DNA from: Bacillota bacterium
Lineage (GTDB): Bacteria; Bacillota; Clostridia; Christensenellales; UBA1431
Direction: 5' to 3'
Assembly: GCA_049324235.1 (NCBI GenBank)
Contig: JBMOLJ010000017.1
Span: 45,701-109,700 of the forward strand
DNA: 64,000 nt
Part shown: piece by piece, positions 26,525 to 34,268 of the stretch
How positions within the stretch are numbered: the stretch's first letter is position 1
Layout of the letters: each line of letters begins with the position of its first letter
Made by a program: the position numbers and the translations under genes
The notes under the pieces: model-generated
The model's database searches: none
What the model was told of the DNA's origin: nothing
Seen by the model: the letters and a program-made list of their open reading frames with translations, nothing else

Positions 26525-27841
26525 ATGAGCGGCAAAAGGAATTACGATCCCATTATTTTCTGCCAGTATGAATCACTGAATATGGAAGATTTCGTGGTAG
26601 CGACGTATCTGATGAGCGCGGAGACCACAGACGTATTGATGCGCGCGGGCGCAGTGGCTGTGGAGCAAACCACCGGCACGTGGGCGCGCGTCCCCGATGA
26701 AACGGAAGAGGTCCGGCAAAAGCATGTCGGGCGCGTAATTTCCGTGTATAACATTCCCGGCTACGAGATATCCTGCCCGGACAGAATCCGTACCTGCATC
26801 GTACAGATAGCATTCCCGTGGAGGAACTTCGGACAGCAGATGCCCGAGATGCTTTCCAGCGTTTTCGGAAACATCTCCCTCGTTGACAACCTGAAACTGC
26901 TTGACCTGTATTTCCCCAAGAGCTTTGTGGATGGGTTTAAGGGGCCGAAATTCGGGACGCAGGGCCTTAGGGACTTGCTCGGCATCCAGGACCGCCCGCT
27001 GACCATGGCCATGATCAAGCCCTGCACCGGTATACCCGTTGATGTTATTGAGCGCCAGTTCTATAATCTGGCCGTTGCGGGCGTCGACATCATAAAGGAC
27101 GACGAACTCATCGCCGACCCCGTGCATGCCCCGTACTATGAGAGGCTGGAAGCCTGCCTCCGCGCATCCGACAAGGCTTTTAAAGAGACCGGTAAGCGCA
27201 CGATTTATTTCCCCAACATAACCGACCGTCAGGACAGGATGTTTGAAAAGGCCCATAAGTCCATCGAGATGGGGGCACAGGCGCTGATGATCAACGCGCA
27301 TGCGTCGGGTTACGGCTGCCTGACTGCGCTCTCCTGCGACGAGAGCATCAACGTCCCGCTGCTTGCACATCCCTGTTACGGCGGCGCATCCTTCCTGAGC
27401 CCGACAACGGGAATGTCTTCAAGCCTGGTGTTTGGCAAATACATGCGTCTGGAAGGAGCCGACATCGTTGTTTACAACTGCGCATACGGAAAGGTTCCGG
27501 GTCTGGTCGACCGCTATGTGCGCATAGGGCAGAGCCTGCTCTCCAAATTCTATGACCTCAAACCGGCATTCCCGAGTCCGGCAGCAGGACTCCATCCCGG
27601 TATGGTACCCACCGTTATGAGCGATCTTGGACCGGATACCCTTCTCGGAGCCGGTGCAGGCATGCATGCGCATCCGATGGGCATGAAGGCCGGTATTGAC
27701 GCGCTTTTGCAGGCTGCAGAGGCTTGGAAGCTGAATATCCCGCTGGAAGAGTACGGCAAGGATCACCCCGAGCTTCAGGCGGCACTGGACATCTGGGGCG
27801 TTTATGACCCCCATAAGAGCATCTTCGAATTAACCAAATAG
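26525..27841 (+). CDS. RuBisCO large-subunit-like protein, form IV (RLP); not a carboxylase by motif content
   Basis: It aligns by eye to RbcL: EQTTGTWA (ESSTGTWT), VFGNIS (GNVFGF), DRPLTMAMIKPCTG (IKPKLG, second Lys replaced by Cys), AGVDIIKDDE (GLDFTKDDE, with the carbamyl-Lys/Asp/Glu triad kept), AHPCYGG (H327 region). There is no GKLEG loop-6 lysine. PSPAAGLH replaces PVASGGIH. Confidence 0.85.
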   Translation: MSGKRNYDPIIFCQYESLNMEDFVVATYLMSAETTDVLMRAGAVAVEQTTGTWARVPDETEEVRQKHVGRVISVYNIPGYEISCPDRIRTCIVQIAFPWRNFGQQMPEMLSSVFGNISLVDNLKLLDLYFPKSFVDGFKGPKFGTQGLRDLLGIQDRPLTMAMIKPCTGIPVDVIERQFYNLAVAGVDIIKDDELIADPVHAPYYERLEACLRASDKAFKETGKRTIYFPNITDRQDRMFEKAHKSIEMGAQALMINAHASGYGCLTALSCDESINVPLLAHPCYGGASFLSPTTGMSSSLVFGKYMRLEGADIVVYNCAYGKVPGLVDRYVRIGQSLLSKFYDLKPAFPSPAAGLHPGMVPTVMSDLGPDTLLGAGAGMHAHPMGMKAGIDALLQAAEAWKLNIPLEEYGKDHPELQAALDIWGVYDPHKSIFELTK

Positions 27842-27851
27842 TGGGGGTTGG

Positions 27852-27889
27852 GAAAGCGTGTGCTTAACGTACACGCTTTCGCTTTCTTT
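27852..27889 (+). terminator. Intrinsic terminator after the RLP gene
   Basis: gaaagcgtgt-gcttaacgt-acacgctttc followed by gctttcttt. Confidence 0.7.
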
Positions 27890-28055
27890 GACGCATCAAA
27901 GCGCATAATGTATGGTTATAAAAGCGGCTATGTCGCAAACCTGAAATACTATATCAAAGAAATACGTATGAATTCCACCAATGTCAACGTGGCGATAACA
28001 TCCTGTTACGGCTAATCATTTAATATAGTACGACATCGATTTACATAAATGAAGG

Positions 28056-28084
28056 TTGCGGGACACGTCATAACTTGTTATACT
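28056..28084 (+). promoter_or_regulatory. Possible promoter of kinase 3
   Basis: TTGCGG, 17-nt spacer, TATACT. It lacks the palindromic operator seen at the other two promoters. Confidence 0.35.
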
Positions 28085-28194
28085 ACAAATAATCAAAACG
28101 ACATATCGGCAATCCCCATTTTCATATGAAGCATTGGCAGCGATAGCTCCGATAAATATATTTTCCCAAAAAAATAATACAGGAGGTTACTACA

Positions 28195-29715
28195 ATGGCG
28201 AAGTACATTCTTGGTATCGATGACGGGCTCACCAATTCCAAGGCGGTATTGTTCACGCTCGACGGAAAAGAACTGGGTTCCGCGAGCAGGCATTTTGAAG
28301 TGAGCAGCCCCAAACCCGGCTATGTTCAGGCCGATCCGGTTCAGCTTTGGGAGAACACCGCGGACTGCATCAAGGAGGTTATTGAAAAGACCGGGGTTGA
28401 CCCTGCTGAAATCGGTGCGATCGGCGCTACCGGATTCGGAAATGGCGCTGTCTTTATCGCAGCCGACGGGTCTCCCGCGTATGCTGCTTTTGGCTCGAAC
28501 GACGGCCGTGCCGTCGATATAGCGCAAAGGCTGAACGATTCGGGTGCGGGCGCTGAGATTTTCAAGATCAACGCGACGGGCGCCGGGTCGTGGCAGCCCT
28601 TGACCCAGGCGCTCTGGCTGAAAGAAAACGAACCCGAGGCGTATGCCAAAATCGATTGGCTCTGCCAGTGCAAAGACTGGATCAATTTCAAGCTTACCGG
28701 TAACCGGATGACAGAAAAGAATGACGTTTCGGGCGCCGGATATATCGATTTTTCCACGGGTGAATACAACAAAGAAATATTCTCGCTGTACGGTGTGCCT
28801 GAACTGGCCGATAAGGTTGCCCCCATGGCGGAGTTCAGCCACTCGATCGTCGGTACTGTCAACGCAGAGGCTGCAAAACGCACAGGCCTCAAGGAAGGGA
28901 CGCCGGTCGGCGCAGGCATGATGGACGTTGCGGCCTGCAGCATCGGAACCGGCGTTATCGATGAAAAATATGCGTGCGTCATTGTGGGAACATGGTCCAT
29001 AAACCAGGTGATCATCGATCGTCCCCTCCCGAACATGACCTCCGTGCAGTTCTTTGATCTGCCCGGTAAAATTCTGAGCCTTTCCGGATCGGCAACTTCC
29101 GCTACAAACGTCGAATGGTTTGTCACCGAGTTCGGACAGGGATGTGCTGTGGAAGCCAAGGAGCGCGGGATATCGAAATACGATATAGTGACGGAAAAAG
29201 CCGCAACCATCCCCGCCGGCGGAACCAGCGTGCTGTATCTGCCGTTCATCGGCATGCCCAACGTCCATGCACGCGGACGCGCAGGCTTCTCCAACATTGC
29301 CATGGGCCATACGTTTGCCGACCTGGCGCGCGCCCTGTTTGAAGGGATCACCTTCGAGCACAAGCGCCACATCGATATCATCAAGAGCCAGGGAGCATCC
29401 GTCACGGCTGTCCGTCTGGCAGGCGGCGGAGCGAAGAGTCCGTTCTGGAGCCAGATGTTTGCCGATATCCTCGAAGTGCCGGTCGAAGTGGTCGGGGTTG
29501 CAGAACTCGGAGCGCTTGGTACGGCCATTGCCGCGGCTCTCGGCGCCGGAATCTACAAAGACTATGACGAGGCGCTCGGGAAGGCGGTTGAAATCAAGAA
29601 GACGTTCTATCCCATCGCCGAAAACACCAAGGCATATATGAACCGTTACAAGAGCTGGCAGGCTTTGGTGCAAACGATGATCGCCGGTTGGGATAAGGGT
29701 GGAATCGAACCGTAA
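28195..29715 (+). CDS. FGGY-family carbohydrate kinase (paralog 3), L-xylulose/3-keto-L-gulonate kinase (LyxK)-like
   Basis: Motifs [40 protein letters not shown] (compare E. coli LyxK WLKEHEPERYAQIG...DYLRWCLTG, as I recall it), [10 protein letters not shown] and [29 protein letters not shown]. Confidence 0.85.
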   Translation: MAKYILGIDDGLTNSKAVLFTLDGKELGSASRHFEVSSPKPGYVQADPVQLWENTADCIKEVIEKTGVDPAEIGAIGATGFGNGAVFIAADGSPAYAAFGSNDGRAVDIAQRLNDSGAGAEIFKINATGAGSWQPLTQALWLKENEPEAYAKIDWLCQCKDWINFKLTGNRMTEKNDVSGAGYIDFSTGEYNKEIFSLYGVPELADKVAPMAEFSHSIVGTVNAEAAKRTGLKEGTPVGAGMMDVAACSIGTGVIDEKYACVIVGTWSINQVIIDRPLPNMTSVQFFDLPGKILSLSGSATSATNVEWFVTEFGQGCAVEAKERGISKYDIVTEKAATIPAGGTSVLYLPFIGMPNVHARGRAGFSNIAMGHTFADLARALFEGITFEHKRHIDIIKSQGASVTAVRLAGGGAKSPFWSQMFADILEVPVEVVGVAELGALGTAIAAALGAGIYKDYDEALGKAVEIKKTFYPIAENTKAYMNRYKSWQALVQTMIAGWDKGGIEP

Positions 29716-29744
29716 GCAAGGTGCTATTGCTGGAATCCTGGCTG

Positions 29745-29773
29745 GGCCGCCGTAACAAACACGGCGGCCTTTT
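29745..29773 (+). terminator. Intrinsic terminator after kinase 3
   Basis: ggccgccgt-aacaaac-acggcggcc followed by ttttgcg. Confidence 0.8.
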
Positions 29774-29902
29774 GCGTAGGGCTTTTCATATACAGCCCTC
29801 ACCACACACGGGGAATGATTCGTGCGGCGTTTTGACAGCAAGGACATATATGTTATAATGGACAATAGATGAATTTGCAAATGAGAAGGAAAAAATCACA
29901 GT

Positions 29903-30835
29903 ATGACTATGAAATTACTGACCAAACAGGGCGAGATCGTTGCAAAGCTGGCAAGACAGCTTCTTACGGTTTCACCCGGGTATCGCCTGCCCAGCGTAAG
30001 CGATTACTGTAACATGTTTTCCGCGGGCGCCGGCACTGTGCACGCCGCCTTGCGCACGCTTACAAATTCCGGGGCGATTGAGCTGGAGATTCATGGTCAT
30101 CAGGGGACGGTAATTACGGGTCTCAACCGCATGATCCTTTGGAAATTCAGCCTGAACACGCTGTTTTACGGAAGTATGCCCCTGCCGTACACATCAAGGC
30201 TGCAGGGCATGGCTACCGCGATATACGAGCAGTTTGAGGAAGCGGGCATCCCGTTCAGCCTTGCATATGTGCGGGGCGGCCGCATGCGCATCCAGAGGCT
30301 GCTGGACAAACACACGGATTTTGCCGTCTGCTCCCGACTTACCGCCAGGCTTGCGCGAAAAGAGTATCCGGAGCTTTTTACGGTGATGGATTTTGGGCAC
30401 GAAAGCTATCTCACCCACAGCATGCTGGTTTTCTCAAAACCAGGCATCACCGCCATTGAGGACGGCATGCGCGTAGGCGTTGACGAATCCTCCTATGACC
30501 ATCCGGAGCTGGTAAAGGTTGCCAGCCGCGGCAAAAACGTGACGTTCGTACCGCAAAGCTATAACCAGATCATATCCAAGATACGAAAAGGCGAAATTGA
30601 CGCTACGGTATGGAGCCTTGATGAAATCGAGGAAAAGTATCCGGGGCTGAACATGGTGCCCGCTGAAAACTCGGAAGAAATGAAATCCATTACCTATGAG
30701 AGCGCCTGCGCGGTCATACTCATCCGCGAGGATACGAAGTTCTGCGCGTCTATTCTGCGCGAGGTGCTTGATCTGGAAAAACTCAGCAGGATACAAAAAG
30801 AGGTCATGGACGGGCACAAGACGCCGTCATATTAA
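29903..30835 (+). CDS. YhfZ-type transcriptional regulator (GntR-like winged HTH plus a periplasmic-binding-protein-like C-terminal domain)
   Basis: The N-terminal region LPSVSDYCNMFSAGAGTVHAALRTLTNSGAIELEIHGHQGTVI is a GntR-like wHTH. The roughly 230-aa C-terminal domain has an alternating beta-alpha pattern, as in E. coli YhfZ (family assignment from memory, not from a search). Confidence 0.6.
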   Translation: MTMKLLTKQGEIVAKLARQLLTVSPGYRLPSVSDYCNMFSAGAGTVHAALRTLTNSGAIELEIHGHQGTVITGLNRMILWKFSLNTLFYGSMPLPYTSRLQGMATAIYEQFEEAGIPFSLAYVRGGRMRIQRLLDKHTDFAVCSRLTARLARKEYPELFTVMDFGHESYLTHSMLVFSKPGITAIEDGMRVGVDESSYDHPELVKVASRGKNVTFVPQSYNQIISKIRKGEIDATVWSLDEIEEKYPGLNMVPAENSEEMKSITYESACAVILIREDTKFCASILREVLDLEKLSRIQKEVMDGHKTPSY

Positions 30836-31051
30836 CTATATTTAGACCTATCGCATGGTATACTACACGAGGAACCCGGAAGGATTTCTCGAGCGGAATC
30901 GCGCCATTCTTCTCTGCATCCCCCCTTTAACGAAAGTCTGTTGTCATTATATTGAAATGCGCTTACGGATGTTCAATATCCGGCTAATGCTTGACATTTT
31001 ATCCAATGCTTTCTACTCTTGTAAGATAACATCAAGAAAAAGGACGGTAAG

Positions 31052-32542
31052 ATGGCGGAGAATACGAACAGACTGGGTTACCTGATGGAAATGCTGGATA
31101 TTTCGGGCAAGGAATTGGCGCAGGCGCTGACCGTCGATGCAACGACGGTCAGCAAATGGAAGAACAACCAGCGCAAGCTGACATACAAATCAAAGTATAC
31201 CCGGAAAATCGCAGGGTACTTCCTTAACAGCGCAATGCAGAGCAAGCGCGGGAAGATCACCGCCCTGCTCACAGCATACATGCCGGAGCTGAATATTGGC
31301 AGCGAGCATCAGCTCGTCGATGCGCTATGCCTTTGGCTGACCGAAAAGGGAACCGAACCGCCGGTGATGGTCGGGAGCACATCCGTAAACAGGTTTGCCC
31401 CTGAAAACGGCTATGTCGCCAACGTAAGGGTCTATACCGGCTATAAAGGGATAATGGAGGCGCTGGCGACATTCTGGGAATACACATTAACGCTTCCGTA
31501 CGGACAGGAAATACTCCTTGCAGATTACAGGGATATCAATTTTGACGAACAGGACCCGTCCGACATCGTCCGCATGATGAAGTTTTTCATTGACGCCGCA
31601 GAATACGGGCATACGATAAAGATCATCGACTGCGCTACGGATGTATTCAGGCCTTATGTGGCCATATTCCGCTGGCTGCCGATGTATCTTTCGGAAAATG
31701 TTCAAGTCTGGCGCTATCAGGATTTCATGAAGAGGGAGACCCGCATGAGCACCTTTGTATTGCCGGGGGAAATAGTGCTTAGCAGCTTTGCGGTTGACAC
31801 GTTGCCGGGAGTGCACCACAGCATGATATTTCATGACAGGGATACCGTCCGTTTCATGGAAGACAGCGTGCGTGCGATTCTGGCAAACTCCAAAAAAATG
31901 ATAGAGACGATTAAAGCCGCGGATGTATTGCGAATGCTGGAGATACTCGACGGCCATCTGAAGTCGCGGCAGCTCACGTACATGCTCAACCCCGTCCCTA
32001 CATTCAGGAATATGCCAATAAGACTGCTCAGGGAGATACTCGAAGAAAACGGAGTGGAGGAAGGCATCATTAGCATATGCTTGGAGGCAAACCGGAGAAC
32101 GCGCGCGGTCAGGGACCGGTGCAGATATATACAGATTTACGATCTGGACGCTATGGAGGCCCGGGTGCACAGCGACTTTATTGTCGATTACGACCTGTCG
32201 GCCATATGCGGCAAAAGGATAACGGTTCCGAAAGCATGCTATAAAAGGCATTTGGAATACCTGCTGGGCATCAAAAGCTCGGAAAACTATTCCATGACAA
32301 TGACATCGTTTTCAGCGCTCGGGCTGCTGTCCACCACGATAAGCATCATCGTCCAGGATGACAGCCTGGTCGTGGCCTGGGATCCGGAGCGGTATCCACG
32401 GAGGATGTACTGCATGGACCTTCAGGTGATAAACGGTTTTTATACGTATATCGAGGACCTTTGGAAAGCGATACCTCCTATTTGCAAGGATGACGGCTGG
32501 AAGTGCAAACAGCTCAACAGAATGATACAGATGCTGACATGA
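31052..32542 (+). CDS. XRE-family HTH regulator with a large uncharacterised C-terminal domain
   Basis: The N-terminal region LGYLMEMLDISGKELAQALTVDATTVSKWKNNQRK is a Cro/C1-type HTH. I could not assign the remaining roughly 430 aa. Confidence 0.7.
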   Translation: MAENTNRLGYLMEMLDISGKELAQALTVDATTVSKWKNNQRKLTYKSKYTRKIAGYFLNSAMQSKRGKITALLTAYMPELNIGSEHQLVDALCLWLTEKGTEPPVMVGSTSVNRFAPENGYVANVRVYTGYKGIMEALATFWEYTLTLPYGQEILLADYRDINFDEQDPSDIVRMMKFFIDAAEYGHTIKIIDCATDVFRPYVAIFRWLPMYLSENVQVWRYQDFMKRETRMSTFVLPGEIVLSSFAVDTLPGVHHSMIFHDRDTVRFMEDSVRAILANSKKMIETIKAADVLRMLEILDGHLKSRQLTYMLNPVPTFRNMPIRLLREILEENGVEEGIISICLEANRRTRAVRDRCRYIQIYDLDAMEARVHSDFIVDYDLSAICGKRITVPKACYKRHLEYLLGIKSSENYSMTMTSFSALGLLSTTISIIVQDDSLVVAWDPERYPRRMYCMDLQVINGFYTYIEDLWKAIPPICKDDGWKCKQLNRMIQMLT

Positions 32543-32580
32543 TTGGCGAAAAATTGGCATAAAAAATTAAAATAAATATA

Positions 32581-32609
32581 TTGACAATACGTTGGCATGA
32601 GTTTATACT
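32581..32609 (+). promoter_or_regulatory. Promoter of the amine-utilisation-like operon
   Basis: TTGACA (32581-86), 17-nt spacer, TATACT (32604-09). Confidence 0.65.
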
Positions 32610-32654
32610 GTCTGTAATCACTGAGGGAATTAGAAAAAGCAAAAAACGGCAATG

Positions 32655-32729
32655 GCGTCTTTGGAGCAGAAGCTCCCAAAGGCGCTTTAATTGTTTACAA
32701 GGGCGTAAAAACACATTACGCCCTTTTCC
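32655..32729 (+). promoter_or_regulatory. Leader with a 13-bp hairpin followed by an intrinsic terminator (candidate attenuator or riboswitch of unknown class)
   Basis: Hairpin gcgtctttggagc-agaa-gctc(c)caaaggcgc (32655-85), then aagggcgtaa-aaacaca-ttacgccctt followed by ttcctatt (32699-32729). This lies about 85 nt upstream of the permease ATG. Confidence 0.5.
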
Positions 32730-32814
32730 TATTGGTTACGATCCTTCCAATGGCGGGAGATTTTAATCATATACACATTATTTTCAACCATCATGAAGGA
32801 TTGGAGGTTTTTTT

Positions 32815-34245
32815 ATGGCAGGGACGAAGAAATTAGGCCTGTTCAGTGCGGTAAGTACATGCGTCGGGCTGATTGTAGCGACGAGCTGTCTGGTATCTTT
32901 GGGAACAGGGTCCGGTTTGGCGGGGGCCGGGTTTGCTATACCGTTGGCGATAGCGGTTGTCCTTAACATGTTTATTGCGTTATCATTCGGAGAACTTCAT
33001 GCCATGATGCCCAATGTTACCGGAGGCATGGGACAATATACCGCGACGGCGCTGGGACCTGTTCCGTCCATTATTTCGAACATATCGGCGTACGTGTTCT
33101 GCATGGCGTTTGCGGCAAGCGCGGAGGCCGTGATGTGCGGACTTGTTTTTACGCAGGCCTTTGCGCCGGACTGGAACCCGTTGGTTGTGAGTACGGTGGT
33201 AACGCTGATACTGCTGGCAGCCAACTTCAGAGGGATCGACATGTTCGCAAGGATACAGAATGTGACCGTTACGCTGCTGATCGGCTCGCTGGCTGCGCTC
33301 GCGATCCTAAGCTTTTTCATGATTGCGCCCGGTCAGCCTGTGACTACGGTGGAAACCCCGGCGATTACCGGCTTTGGCGATCTCGCAGGCCTGGCCGCAA
33401 TCGGATTCTGGCTGTTTATCGGTGTTGAATTTGTAATACCGATTTCCAAGGAACTACGCAATCCCAAGAGGGACGTTTTGCTCGCTATGGTTATCGGCCT
33501 CGTCGTATTGTTTGTGGTACAGCTGCTCTTAGGGATCGGTATGACCAATTATGTTCCCCTTTCCGTACTTTCCTCGGAAGCCATGCCCCATATAGTGTTT
33601 GCGCAAAGCCTTCTGGGTGATGTGGGCAAGTACTGGATGGGAATTATTACGTTGCTTGCCGGCGTCAGTACGCTCAATACGGTGCTGGCCAGTTCGACCA
33701 GGATCACAGCAGGAATGGCGGAAGGCGGCATGCTTCCCAGGTTCTTTGCAAAGGAGAACAAAAAGGGAGTACCCTTTGGAGGCTTGCTCTTGCTTACCGG
33801 AAGCATACTGGGCATTGTCCTAACGGGCCTTGGGAACTCTGCTGACCTGATCACTATGATTCTCACAGGCTCCTGCTTCTGGCTTGTTTCCTATATTATT
33901 ACGCATGTTAACGTACTGGTCCTGAGAAGAAGGTATCCGCAGCGCGCGGCGGCGTGGAAGTTCAAGCTGTTTGGAATACCGCAGATAATAGGGATTATCG
34001 GCTGTGTGTATATGATTATCAACATCAGCCCGGATCCGGATGCCAAGACCATAATATTTACGGTATTCGGCATAGCGCTCGGGTTGCTCATTACCTATGC
34101 AACGGTCTGGACCAAGTTCGTTATGAAAAAGGGCATTTTTGAGCACGTTCCCATCGAGGCGGTCATTGCAGGAGGGCCGGTTGGCAGGGAAATGGATGAG
34201 CCGGAAACGCAGCCTGGTGTTGCCGCGGGCAAGAGCGCCATATAA
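32815..34245 (+). CDS. APC-superfamily amino acid/amine permease
   Basis: 476 aa with about 12 hydrophobic segments and an APC-type N-terminus (LGLFSAVSTCVGLIVATSCL). GGAGG RBS. Confidence 0.85.
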   Translation: MAGTKKLGLFSAVSTCVGLIVATSCLVSLGTGSGLAGAGFAIPLAIAVVLNMFIALSFGELHAMMPNVTGGMGQYTATALGPVPSIISNISAYVFCMAFAASAEAVMCGLVFTQAFAPDWNPLVVSTVVTLILLAANFRGIDMFARIQNVTVTLLIGSLAALAILSFFMIAPGQPVTTVETPAITGFGDLAGLAAIGFWLFIGVEFVIPISKELRNPKRDVLLAMVIGLVVLFVVQLLLGIGMTNYVPLSVLSSEAMPHIVFAQSLLGDVGKYWMGIITLLAGVSTLNTVLASSTRITAGMAEGGMLPRFFAKENKKGVPFGGLLLLTGSILGIVLTGLGNSADLITMILTGSCFWLVSYIITHVNVLVLRRRYPQRAAAWKFKLFGIPQIIGIIGCVYMIINISPDPDAKTIIFTVFGIALGLLITYATVWTKFVMKKGIFEHVPIEAVIAGGPVGREMDEPETQPGVAAGKSAI

Positions 34246-34268
34246 GCAGTTTAGAGGAGGTGGAAAAA

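Noticed and set aside
26525-27841. Reading the RuBisCO homolog as a genuine CO2-fixing RuBisCO (form I-III).
   Set aside because: No loop-6 GKLEG lysine is present. The H294/R295 pair and the S379/G380 phosphate-site residues are not conserved, and K177 is replaced by Cys. The window has no small subunit, phosphoribulokinase or cbb genes. It is a form-IV RLP.
28093-29880. A 595-aa minus-strand ORF (and the 395-aa ORF at 28341-29528) opposite FGGY kinase 3.
   Set aside because: It is antisense to a well-supported kinase gene. The composition is biased (Arg/Gly/Ala/His runs), and it has no RBS and no motifs.
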